Origin: a virus
IMG/VR virus record: IMGVR_UViG_3300028842_000131
Span: 1-50,370 of that record
Length of the DNA: 50,370 bases
Reading direction: 5' to 3' (one strand)
Shown: one piece after another, positions 23,174 to 30,756 of the stretch
Numbering within the stretch: position 1 is the stretch's first letter
Layout: every line of letters starts with the position of its first letter
Notes under the pieces: model-generated
Told to the model about the DNA's origin: nothing
Database searches by the model: none
The model's input: only the letters and a program-made list of their open reading frames with translations
Made by a program: the position numbers and the translations under genes

Positions 23174-24166
23174 CTAGTAAACCGTGCCGGCCTGATCGTT
23201 GTTCGTCACGATCACCATCGACGTGGTGTCGGTGGTGTCGTAGGCGGCGACGAAGTCGGCGCTCAGGGTGATGGAGGACTCGGAGTCGGGGATCGGGTCA
23301 CGCCGCGTGAAGAAGAGCCGCGGGACGCGCACCAGGATGGACTGGTTGGTTCCGATGGTCCACTTGCACTCGAGGCCGCAGGCGGCCCCGCCAGCGATCA
23401 GGTTGTACGCCGTGGTGTCGACGTACATGAACTTGAGCGTGCCGGTCACCTTGGAGCGACTGCGCGGGGCGCTCGACCTGATGCCGGCCTGCCCCATCCG
23501 GTAGTCGTTCCGGTCCAGGTTGTGGGAGACCGTGATGTCGACGCTCAGGAGGTCCGCGAAAGCCGAGAGCGAGCCGGCCGCGCCGAGCTTGAGGTCGGCG
23601 CTGGCGACCTGAAGACCGTGGATCGGCGTGTCGCTCGTGAGGTCGGTAGGGGACGAGAAGAGGGCCGACGTGGTGTTCGTGGTCTTGGCCGCGATGCACT
23701 GGAGGTCCGTCATCACGAAGTTGTCGACGCCGCCAGAGAGCTTGAAGCTGTCGCAGGCGACGCCGTTCGACTTGAACCACTGGTCGGTTCCGGCCATGTC
23801 GAAGTTGTGCTCGACCGTCCAGGAGGGCATCGCGCCGGCCGCGATCTTGGCCGTGTGGACGTAGTTGCCCACCGAGCCGGAGGACGCCATCGACCCGAGG
23901 GCGAACTTCGCGAGGTGCGGGAACGCCTTCAGCGTGGCGTACGTGTTGATGTTGCCGGAGGCGTCCTTCCGGAGGAGGATCGAGTCGGCGAGGTTGGGGT
24001 TGCTCCGCAGGAGCATGTTCTCGCCGAGTGCCTGAGTCGCCCCGATACCGGACCCGGCGAGCACGCCGATCTTGGTGCCGGCGGGGGATCCAGGGTCGGA
24101 GCCGTACGTGGTCTCGAGCTGGAACGAGATGGCGGAGTTGGCCCCGATCGGGGGAACGGTTGCCAT
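23174..24166 (-). CDS. Major tail (tube) protein, 330 aa
   Basis: ORF track. AGGAGGT RBS. Directly upstream of G/GT. Ser/Thr/Gly-rich beta-type composition. Confidence 0.8.
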   Translation of the reverse strand: MATVPPIGANSAISFQLETTYGSDPGSPAGTKIGVLAGSGIGATQALGENMLLRSNPNLADSILLRKDASGNINTYATLKAFPHLAKFALGSMASSGSVGNYVHTAKIAAGAMPSWTVEHNFDMAGTDQWFKSNGVACDSFKLSGGVDNFVMTDLQCIAAKTTNTTSALFSSPTDLTSDTPIHGLQVASADLKLGAAGSLSAFADLLSVDITVSHNLDRNDYRMGQAGIRSSAPRSRSKVTGTLKFMYVDTTAYNLIAGGAACGLECKWTIGTNQSILVRVPRLFFTRRDPIPDSESSITLSADFVAAYDTTDTTSMVIVTNNDQAGTVY

Positions 24167-24178
24167 GCTTGGTACCTC

Positions 24179-24649
24179 CTAAACGAACATCTGGGTGGTC
24201 TTGTAGGTCGCCGCGTACCCCGCGGGCCCGCCGCGAGCCGGACGATCCGGCGGCGTGATGAGTTGCTCTGCCGCGAGCATCAGGTACGTCTTCGGTTGGC
24301 TCGTTGGCCCCACCTGAACGTCCCGGATGGCCCGGATGGCCTCGACGATCGAGTCCGCCCCGCCGGTCGTGGTGTTGGCGGACGTGGAGTTCTGGTAGCT
24401 CTGGACGACCGGGACGATGACCCAGTGAAGCGTGGCCGGCGTCCAGAGCTTGTTGCCGAGGGGCTGGAGGGCGGGCCCGCGCTCGAGCCCACCGTAGACG
24501 ACGAAGATCATCTTGGGCTTCGTGGCGAGCTCCCAGACGTCCTCGACAGCCGCCGAACTCCTCACGTCCTCGGACACCACTCCAGTCGTGGCACTCATGG
24601 CCTGGAGGGCGGCGATGATGGCCGCACGCTGCTCGTCGATCTGGCTCAT
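24179..24649 (-). CDS. Tail terminator / head-tail joining protein, 156 aa
   Basis: Internal ATG (MSQIDEQRAAI...) of ORF 24179..24964. ATGA overlap with the upstream gene. Lies immediately before the tube gene. Confidence 0.65.
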   Translation of the reverse strand: MSQIDEQRAAIIAALQAMSATTGVVSEDVRSSAAVEDVWELATKPKMIFVVYGGLERGPALQPLGNKLWTPATLHWVIVPVVQSYQNSTSANTTTGGADSIVEAIRAIRDVQVGPTSQPKTYLMLAAEQLITPPDRPARGGPAGYAATYKTTQMFV

Positions 24650-25311
24650 GGTGTTCCTGCGCGAGGGCCGCGAGCGATGTAGTCGACCATCGCCGCGGTG
24701 CATTGCCGGAGGATCCCCGGCGTCCAGAAGAGGAAGGGGCGCGCCGGGATGTGGACTTCCTTGACGCACCAGAAGAGGTGAACCAGCCGGTAGCCCTTGG
24801 TGGTGCGCGCGTCCGGCTTCCGCATGTAGATGCCGGTTCCCTGGGGGCCCTTCTCCATGAAGAAGGCCTTGGGCCCTCCGCCGGTACCCATCCAGTCGCT
24901 GGCCTTGGCCTCGCGCATCTGCTTTGCGCTCGTGAAGAACCGAGGATCCGGCACCGTGAGCCACCGCCGGCGCCGCGGGCGAACGATGAACGGGTCACCG
25001 TGTTGTCCGTTGTGGACGCCGGCTCGCTTGTCGCGTGACCCGATCAGGAGCGTCGGGCCCGGCACCTCGAACTCGATCGACTTCGCCAGGGACTTGGAGC
25101 TCCGCGGGCCCGTGTCGAGGAGCGGCATGCCGGTCCTCATGAGCGGGTACTTCCAGCCGAGACCGCGCTGAAGGAAGATCTGGGGGCTGATGGTCCCGAC
25201 GTAGAGCTTGCCGGCCCTCGTCAGGAGCCTCTTCTTGTCGGTGGCGCGCCGGTAGACCCCGTTGATGTAGCTCTTGAGGCCGGTGTCGAACTTGGCCTTG
25301 ACCGTGATCAC
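24646..25311 (-). CDS. Head-tail joining / virion morphogenesis protein (Mu G / HK97 gp10-like), 221 aa
   Basis: ORF track. C-terminal IPARPFLFW motif, typical of this family. Confidence 0.7.
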   Translation of the reverse strand: MITVKAKFDTGLKSYINGVYRRATDKKRLLTRAGKLYVGTISPQIFLQRGLGWKYPLMRTGMPLLDTGPRSSKSLAKSIEFEVPGPTLLIGSRDKRAGVHNGQHGDPFIVRPRRRRWLTVPDPRFFTSAKQMREAKASDWMGTGGGPKAFFMEKGPQGTGIYMRKPDARTTKGYRLVHLFWCVKEVHIPARPFLFWTPGILRQCTAAMVDYIARGPRAGTP

Positions 25312-25590
25312 CTATCGGCCCTGGTAGAGCAGGTAGAGGAGACCGTAGCCGGTTCGCCCGGTGTCCTTGTCGAGGGTCGACATCTGGAGGTCGAAGCCGT
25401 CGAGGGCGGCCATGGTGGCGAGGAGGGCCGACGGGGTCACGCCGATGCCGGCACAGTCCTCGTCCGTCAGTGCCCCCTTGTCGAGGCCGAGATGCGCGAA
25501 TCGGGAGCGGAGCGCCTTGGCCCTCTCGATGCCCTGGCAGAGGGCCGTGATCTCCTGGGCGTAGGCATTGACGAGGTTGGAAGCGTTCAT
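25312..25590 (-). CDS. Hypothetical virion-module protein, 92 aa
   Basis: Internal ATG (MNASNLVNAY...) of ORF 25312..25965. AGGAGA RBS. Confidence 0.65.
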   Translation of the reverse strand: MNASNLVNAYAQEITALCQGIERAKALRSRFAHLGLDKGALTDEDCAGIGVTPSALLATMAALDGFDLQMSTLDKDTGRTGYGLLYLLYQGR

Positions 25591-25598
25591 TGTGTCTC

Positions 25599-26264
25599 CT
25601 ACATGAACCGGAAGAAGCCGGCGTTGACCGTTGGGCCGCCACCGCCGGAGGGAATGAAGGCCGCCCCAATTGCCGCCCACGCGACGCTGCTCCCGAGTGT
25701 CCACGGGCACGTCTCCGACGCACCCCCGGACAGCTTGTACTCGGCCCGCAGACCACCAGACGTACTGCCGAACTGCGTGAAGCCGGACCCGGCGGTCCAT
25801 CCCGGCGATCCGTTCGTGTTGGCCGCGCCGATGATGAGCTCGCCGCTCGCGGCAGTCGTGATTGCGCCGACGGCCGGCGTCGTTGACGTCCCGTTGGCCG
25901 TTGCCGATGCGTCGAACACCGTCGCATTGGTCGACGCCCCGCCGCTGAACTCGCCAGCGAAGCACCTCTTGGTCGCGGAGGATCCGGTGAAGTTCGCGGT
26001 GATCGTCGTCGCGCCGCCGGTGACCTGGACACCGTACGCAAGGTATAGGCGGATGTTGGTGGAGTTGTCGGAGGGCCCGATCAGCGCGTACGTGTTACCG
26101 ACGTTGTCGCTGACGCTGGTGCACGTGTTACTGGTGTTTGCCATCCTGATGACGGCGACAACCAGGTTCCCGGCGCCAGTCGCCGAGACCGTCATGTTGA
26201 CGGTGGTTGCGGTGCCGACCGAGTCGACGGCGTCGGCCGAGGCCTGGACGAATGCGAAAGCCAT
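25599..26264 (-). CDS. Putative lectin-fold (LamG/ConA-like) virion protein, 221 aa
   Basis: ATG (MAFAFVQAS...) 2 nt after the fibre gene stop. The motif VSDNVGNTYALIG and the Gly/Thr/Ser-rich beta composition suggest the fold; the fold call is inference. Confidence 0.65.
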   Translation of the reverse strand: MAFAFVQASADAVDSVGTATTVNMTVSATGAGNLVVAVIRMANTSNTCTSVSDNVGNTYALIGPSDNSTNIRLYLAYGVQVTGGATTITANFTGSSATKRCFAGEFSGGASTNATVFDASATANGTSTTPAVGAITTAASGELIIGAANTNGSPGWTAGSGFTQFGSTSGGLRAEYKLSGGASETCPWTLGSSVAWAAIGAAFIPSGGGGPTVNAGFFRFM

Positions 26265-26266
26265 GA

Positions 26267-28702
26267 CTACGCGCTCGCCACGCAGCGCCACTTGGACGTG
26301 ACGGCGTTCCATACGAACCCGACGTCGAGCCGGTTCGTACTCACGGTGGTGGAGGGAAGGGTGACCGTGGAGGACTCGAACGAAGAACCCCAGGTGATCG
26401 CCCTCGCCGCTGTGCCAGTGATGGCGATCCAGAGGGTCTGGCCATCAACCGGCGTACCGCTCAGATTGGTCGTGAACGAGGTGATGTCCGCCGCCTGGGC
26501 CGTGAGCGAGTAGAAGTCGACGTTGTCGGTGTTGATCGTCGGCGTCGCGCTCGAGGTCGTGGTCCCCGTGCGCGGGTTGAAGCGCTTGTTGGTGAGCGTG
26601 TTCGTCGAGGACGGGGTCACCACCGAGGAGGCGTCGGAGAGGCTCGAGATCGAGGGCTGAGCCGCGGTAACGGTGCCGTCATCGTCGATGGCCGTCAGGA
26701 AGTTGTTGCTCGTCGCGGCCTTGGTCTTGACGCCGTGCTTGACGACTCCCGCGTCGTCCTTGACGCAGACGTTCTTGCTCGTGCTGTCGACGTAGACGGA
26801 GCCCTTGCCGGCTGCCGGAGTGGCTGGGGCAGCGATCGCCGTCGCCAGGAGAGAACCCGCCATCGGCGTGGTGCTCGGGATGTTCGCCAGCGTGGTGGCC
26901 GAGGACCCGGCGCTCGTGGTGACGTCGCCGGTGAAGGCCGGGAGTCGGCCCGACGGCAGCGTGCCCGTGGTGAACGCGGAGGCGTCCGTCTGGTCGCCGG
27001 TGTTGGTCCCGGAGACCGTGGCGCTCGCCGACGCCGTGAGGGTTGCCCCGTCGGCGATCGTCAGCGTGGCCGAGGTCGTCGGCGCCGTGATGGTGACCTT
27101 GTTGACGGAGGTCGCCGTGGCCACGCCGATGTTCGGCGTCGTGAGCGACGGGCTCGTGGCGAACACGAGGGCGCCGGACCCGGTCTCGTCGGAGATCACG
27201 CCCGCGAGCTGGGCGCTCGTGGTCGCGGCGAACTGAGAGAGCGGGCTCGAGGTGAGGGCGTCGCCGCCGCCGGCCGGGTTGGCCCACTTGACGCCGGTCG
27301 CCTGGGCTGAGTCTGCGGTGAGGACCTGACCGTTGGTCCCGACGGCGAGGCGCGAGGCCGCGGTCGCCCCGGTGCCGACGACGAGGTCCCCCTTGGCGCT
27401 CCAGATGCCGTCGGTGGCCATCAGGGTGGCGCCGGAGGGGATGGTGATGGTCGGGTCGCCCGCGGAGCCGTCCCCGTTGGTGACGGTGACCTTGCTGGCG
27501 GTACCGGTGATGGTCCGCACCGCGTAGGCGTTGGCGCCCGTCTTGGCCAGCATCCCCGGCGTCGACGCGAGGGCGGCGAACGCCGAGAGGTCGGCGTCGT
27601 AGCCTTGGACGTCGGTGCCGATGGCGAGGCCGAGGGCCGTACGAGCCCCCGCGGCATCGGTGGCGCCGGTGCCACCGTTGGCGATCCCGAGGGTACCGGT
27701 GATGTCGTTGGCGAGGGAGACCTTGGCCCAGGTGAAGGTGCCGGCGGCGTTCCCGTGTAGGAGCGTCGTCGTGGTGCCGCTGGAGCCGAACCGAGCTCCC
27801 GTCAGGTCGAAGGTCCCGCTCGCGATGGCGGACGTGTCGAGCGTTCCGCCGCCCGCGGCGTTCGTGTGGGAGTGCTGGGAGTTCGTGAAGCTCCCGATGA
27901 AGGGAGTCGTCAGGACCGGGTTGGTGCCGAAGACCAGGAGGCCCGAGCCCGTCTCGTCGCTGATGACGCTCGCGAGCTGGAGGCTGGTCGTGGCCGCGAA
28001 CTGGGAGAGGGGGTTCGTGGTGAGGGCATCTCCCCCGCCGCCTCCGCCGCCACCCGCGGCCCACTTCACCCCGAGGGGCTGGCTCGAGTCGGCCGTGAGG
28101 ACGTAGCCGTTCGTGCCGAGCGTCAGGATGCCGGCGAGTCCCGACCCCTGGCCGGCGACCAGGTCGCCCTTCGCGCTCCAGGCGCGGTCCCAGAGGATCT
28201 GGGAGGGGGCCTGGTAGGACGGGGTTCCGAGGTAGTCGACCGAGGAGGCCTCGGCGCCCGAGAGCGGGTCACCGAAAACGCGGACGTCTGAGCCGGCGAA
28301 GCCGCCGGTGGAGGTGCTCGAGGCGACGACGGCATCGCTGACGCCGGGGAGCGCGGTCTTGCGGGCCGCCAGCTCCTTGAGCCAGGAGATCGACTCCTTG
28401 TAGGCGACGGCAGAGGACTCGTCCCGCGGCTGCACGCCGGCGCGCCGGTACAGGTACTGGCGGCCGATGACGAGGGCGTGGTTCCTGAGGATCGCCCAGG
28501 CGTCGGGGTTGTTGGTCTCGTCCAGCGGGATCCGGTACCGCACCCCCACGTAGGTGTCGATGTAGTGGGAGGCGTCGATCAGCACCTGGTCCAGCACCGC
28601 GTTGTCGGGCGTGGTCCCAGCGTCGGCCGAGAGGTCGGCCGCGATGGCTGCCCGCATCACGTCGGTGATGTCGGTGTGGTCGGCGTACGGGATGTAGGCC
28701 AC
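26267..28702 (-). CDS. Neck-protein (Mu gp36 / DUF1320-like) N-terminal domain fused to a long fibre, 811 aa
   Basis: The N-terminal ~125 aa (MAYIPYADHTDI...IDASHYIDTYVGVRYRIPL...YKESISWLKELA) match the DUF1320 pattern. The remainder is a Gly/Thr/Ser/Ala fibre with two copies of the module WSAKGDLV..GTNG.VLTADS....GVKWA...DALT..PLSQFAATTS.QLA.VISDETGSG.LVF. The frame is uninterrupted. Confidence 0.85.
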   Translation of the reverse strand: MAYIPYADHTDITDVMRAAIAADLSADAGTTPDNAVLDQVLIDASHYIDTYVGVRYRIPLDETNNPDAWAILRNHALVIGRQYLYRRAGVQPRDESSAVAYKESISWLKELAARKTALPGVSDAVVASSTSTGGFAGSDVRVFGDPLSGAEASSVDYLGTPSYQAPSQILWDRAWSAKGDLVAGQGSGLAGILTLGTNGYVLTADSSQPLGVKWAAGGGGGGGGDALTTNPLSQFAATTSLQLASVISDETGSGLLVFGTNPVLTTPFIGSFTNSQHSHTNAAGGGTLDTSAIASGTFDLTGARFGSSGTTTTLLHGNAAGTFTWAKVSLANDITGTLGIANGGTGATDAAGARTALGLAIGTDVQGYDADLSAFAALASTPGMLAKTGANAYAVRTITGTASKVTVTNGDGSAGDPTITIPSGATLMATDGIWSAKGDLVVGTGATAASRLAVGTNGQVLTADSAQATGVKWANPAGGGDALTSSPLSQFAATTSAQLAGVISDETGSGALVFATSPSLTTPNIGVATATSVNKVTITAPTTSATLTIADGATLTASASATVSGTNTGDQTDASAFTTGTLPSGRLPAFTGDVTTSAGSSATTLANIPSTTPMAGSLLATAIAAPATPAAGKGSVYVDSTSKNVCVKDDAGVVKHGVKTKAATSNNFLTAIDDDGTVTAAQPSISSLSDASSVVTPSSTNTLTNKRFNPRTGTTTSSATPTINTDNVDFYSLTAQAADITSFTTNLSGTPVDGQTLWIAITGTAARAITWGSSFESSTVTLPSTTVSTNRLDVGFVWNAVTSKWRCVASA
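27134..27403 (-). repeat. Fibre module repeat 2 (aa 434-523)
   Basis: Protein-level duplication of aa 175-267. DNA similarity is visible (gaactgagagagcgggctcgaggtgagggc versus gaactgggagagggggttcgtggtgagggc). Confidence 0.8.
27902..28180 (-). repeat. Fibre module repeat 1 (aa 175-267)
   Basis: See repeat 2. Confidence 0.8.
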
Positions 28703-28706
28703 TCGG

Positions 28707-29099
28707 CTACCTCTTGGTCAGTTCGATGTGGGGGGAGTCCCAGCCCCAGGTGTGGCCGGACTCGAGGCCTTCTGCCTTGGCCGCTTCAGCGAGGGCTTTC
28801 CAGACGGGGTGGCTGGAGTCGGGGATGGTCTTGAAGCCGTCGGGATAGACGTCGGCGGCGTTGCCGCTCTGGTGGCGCGAGCGGTTCTTGACGCCGTCGC
28901 ACTTCGTGGAGCCGCGCCGGTAGGTGAAGAGCCAGTTCTGGCGCTCGGCGGCCCTCAGGGTCTCGCCGTAGTGGAAGGGCGTCCCGGCCGCCTTCAGCCT
29001 CGCGAGGACGCGCTCCGCACGCTGGCGGAAGTCGGGGTTCAGCTTCGCGGGGTCGCGGCAGATCGGCGGCTCGGGCGGGATGGCCGTCATACAGCTCAC
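28707..29099 (-). CDS. Endolysin, peptidase M15 (VanY / L-Ala-D-Glu peptidase-like), 130 aa
   Basis: Zinc-ligand motifs SRHQSGNAADV and WGWDSPHIE. GTGA overlap with the upstream gene. Confidence 0.85.
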   Translation of the reverse strand: MSCMTAIPPEPPICRDPAKLNPDFRQRAERVLARLKAAGTPFHYGETLRAAERQNWLFTYRRGSTKCDGVKNRSRHQSGNAADVYPDGFKTIPDSSHPVWKALAEAAKAEGLESGHTWGWDSPHIELTKR

Positions 29100-29377
29100 T
29101 CCTTGGCCGCCTGGGCACCCTCCCAGCGGGCCATACGCTCCGAGAGCCGGTCCATCGACTCGCGGAGACGGTCGAGGTGGTCCGAGAGGCGAGCCACCGC
29201 CGCCACGTCAGCGTGGGGAGTCTTCTCGTGGGCCGAGACCTCCTCGCGGGCGATGCGGGTGGCCTCGTTCCGGATCAGCCAGAGGCAGCCGGCGAGGAGC
29301 GTAGCGCTCGAGGCCAGGAACAGGTAGACCACCTGCTGCAGCGGCACCACGTTCTGGGCGACGGTGGCCGGCGTCAC
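29096..29377 (-). CDS. Membrane protein of the lysis cassette, 93 aa (N-terminal TM helix)
   Basis: ORF track. VVYLFLASSATLLAGCLWLI. GTGA overlap. Confidence 0.65.
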   Translation of the reverse strand: MTPATVAQNVVPLQQVVYLFLASSATLLAGCLWLIRNEATRIAREEVSAHEKTPHADVAAVARLSDHLDRLRESMDRLSERMARWEGAQAAKE

Positions 29378-29610
29378 TTCCCGGACCCGTCCCAGTTGAT
29401 CCGGTAGTCGGGCTCCTCGGGCTTCGCCGTCAGCGTATGGGGCCCGTTCGTGACGAGCCGCAGACCGAAGAAGATCACCGCGATGGCGGCCTCTTCCCAG
29501 CCGTCCGGGAGGTTGGGGGCCTTGTCGGGCCAGAACGCCCTGACGGCCCCGTAGAGCGCCACCAGGACGGCCGCGACGGCAGTCTTCTTCCCCTTCAGGG
29601 CGTCGGTCAT
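29374..29610 (-). CDS. Two-TM membrane protein (holin/antiholin-like), 78 aa
   Basis: ORF track. TAVAAVLVALYGAV and AAIAVIFFGLRLV. ATGA overlap. Confidence 0.65.
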   Translation of the reverse strand: MTDALKGKKTAVAAVLVALYGAVRAFWPDKAPNLPDGWEEAAIAVIFFGLRLVTNGPHTLTAKPEEPDYRINWDGSGK

Positions 29611-29930
29611 TTGGAGTCCCTCCAGGCGTTGTAGTCGGCGATGAGCTGCCTCAGGAGGGCGTCATCGGCCTCGAGTCGTTTGATGCCGCCCCGGATCTCG
29701 AGGAGGTCCTGGCGGGTGAAGCAGTAGGTGGCCCCGCCGTCGGTGGAGTGCGGGACCGTGACGGCCGGAGTGGCGACGGGCGGAGGCGTCGGGATCCGGG
29801 GGGCGTCGGAGCGGATCGGCGGCACCGGGGCGCTCGCGCACCCAACGACGAGGATCAGCGCCAGCACCAGCCCCGCCACCAGTGGCCAGGGCGAATGACC
29901 CGGCAGGTCAGAAGAGCGGATCGCCTTCAT
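29607..29930 (-). CDS. Outer-membrane lipoprotein, o-spanin-like, 107 aa
   Basis: Internal ATG with GGAGGAG RBS. Signal peptide ends in the lipobox LVVGC, followed by a Pro-rich segment. Overlaps the i-spanin-like gene by 23 nt. Confidence 0.7.
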   Translation of the reverse strand: MKAIRSSDLPGHSPWPLVAGLVLALILVVGCASAPVPPIRSDAPRIPTPPPVATPAVTVPHSTDGGATYCFTRQDLLEIRGGIKRLEADDALLRQLIADYNAWRDSK

Positions 29931-30159
29931 GGATCTCCTCCTGCCTCGGGGGCACTTCCTGGGGCCTAGAAGCCACGATCTTGTCGGCCATGCCACGCTC
30001 CACGTCCCGAGCCGATCGGGCTTCCTGGAGCCGCCTGGTCGCTTCCTGGGCGGCGGCCTCGGCCTTGGCGGCCCTGGTATCCGGGGACTCCCGGCGAGAG
30101 CTCAGGAGCCCCAGGAACCAGGCGACGAGCTTGCCGGCGAGAAGCAGGATGCTCCCCAC
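29908..30159 (-). CDS. i-spanin-like protein, 83 aa (N-terminal TM helix + coiled coil)
   Basis: ORF track. ILLLAGKLVAWFLGLL followed by an Ala/Glu/Arg-rich helix. Confidence 0.65.
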   Translation of the reverse strand: MGSILLLAGKLVAWFLGLLSSRRESPDTRAAKAEAAAQEATRRLQEARSARDVERGMADKIVASRPQEVPPRQEEIHEGDPLF

Positions 30160-30163
30160 GGGA

Positions 30164-30448
30164 TCACCCGGCCGGCGTCGACTTCTTGAACAGCCCGACG
30201 GCGTTGAACGCAGCCACGACAGCGTCGATGACGGCGCCAGCGATCTTCATGATGGCCGCCCGGAGCTCCGGCGTCAGCTCGGTGACGAAGCCGGCCGCGC
30301 CGTCGAGGAGGCTGGCCAGGAACGCGGTGACGGCCGTCTTCTTCGTGGCACCGTCACCCGACCCTTCCATCTCCTTGATGAAGGCGACGAGGGCGGGCAA
30401 GAACTGCGCGAGGACGCCGATGGCCTTGAACAGGTTCGCGAGGCTCAT
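30164..30448 (-). CDS. Putative holin, 94 aa
   Basis: ORF track. AAGGAG RBS. Hydrophobic/amphipathic segments. First gene of the lysis cassette. Confidence 0.6.
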   Translation of the reverse strand: MSLANLFKAIGVLAQFLPALVAFIKEMEGSGDGATKKTAVTAFLASLLDGAAGFVTELTPELRAAIMKIAGAVIDAVVAAFNAVGLFKKSTPAG

Positions 30449-30455
30449 GGGGGGA

Positions 30456-30517
30456 CTCCTTGTTTCAGCGAATGGCGGTTCCCTTGAACAAGGGGCCCGG
30501 CGAGCGGGCCTTGTTCA
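30456..30517 (-). promoter_or_regulatory. Alternative hairpins involving the holin Shine-Dalgarno sequence
   Basis: Minus strand reads TGAACAAGGCCCGC-TCG-CCGGGCCCCTTGTTCA ...14 nt... TGAAACAAGGAG-N7-ATG. The middle arm CCTTGTTCA can pair with the 5' arm (13 bp with one bulge). Alternatively it can pair with TGAAACAAGG, which contains the SD AAGGAG. Confidence 0.5.
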
Positions 30518-30601
30518 GGTGAATTGAAAGAGGCGGGGCCCCCGTGGGCACGGCACTCAAGCCGCGCCGAGCTACGCACTCGGACCTCGCGTGTAGGGTG
30601 T

Positions 30602-30631
30602 GCGGGCGTCCTACCGTTAGACGAAGCTCCC
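30602..30631 (-). other. tRNA 5'-half-like fragment (acceptor strand + D arm + 5' anticodon-stem strand)
   Basis: Minus strand reads GGGAGCT TC GTCT-AACGGTA-GGAC G CCCGC. This is a Glu/Asp-type D arm. No matching 3' half could be folded downstream. Confidence 0.4.
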
Positions 30632-30638
30632 GAGTTAC

Positions 30639-30677
30639 TGGGTGCGGCGGGACTCGAACCCGCATTCCCCGCTGAAT
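30639..30677 (-). other. tRNA 3'-half-like fragment (anticodon-loop remnant, T arm, acceptor 3' strand)
   Basis: Minus strand reads ATTCA GCGGG GAAT GCGGG-TTCGAGT-CCCGC CGCACCC A. It starts 3 nt after the CCA of the tRNA-Met-like gene. No 5' half lies upstream. Confidence 0.45.
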
Positions 30678-30680
30678 GGG

Positions 30681-30756
30681 TGGTGCCGGGGGCGGGAGTC
30701 GAACCCGCCTGCGCTGGCTTATGAGGCCGGCTGGCCCACCGGGGCCTGTCCCCGAA
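30681..30756 (-). tRNA. tRNA-Met(CAU)-like gene, non-canonical (possible pseudo-tRNA)
   Basis: Hand fold, 76 nt: TTCGGGG AC AGGC-CCCGGTGG-GCCA G CCGGC-CTCATAA-GCCAG CGCAG GCGGG-TTCGACT-CCCGC CCCCGGC A CCA. Deviations are a 1-72 U/C mismatch, A8, an A10/A25 mismatch and one C/A mismatch in the anticodon stem. It abuts the stop codon at 30757. Confidence 0.5.

Noticed and set aside
23298-24998. 566-aa ORF on the minus strand spanning the tube, terminator and joining genes
   Set aside because: It is out of frame with three shorter ORFs that have RBSs, stop/start coupling and protein-like composition. Its own translation is Arg/Pro/Gly/Ser-rich, typical of a wrong frame in high-GC DNA.
24995-26041. 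348-aa minus-strand ORF overlapping 24646-26264
   Set aside because: It is Arg/Pro-rich and out of frame with three well-supported genes.
27134-28180. Diversity-generating retroelement (template/variable repeat pair) in the fibre gene
   Set aside because: No reverse transcriptase is present in the genome. Both repeats lie inside the coding sequence, and their differences are not restricted to adenine positions.
30540-30756. tmRNA or two-piece (permuted) tmRNA
   Set aside because: The acceptor stem lacks the G3-U70 alanine identity pair. No tag reading frame or pseudoknot series could be found, and the region is too short.
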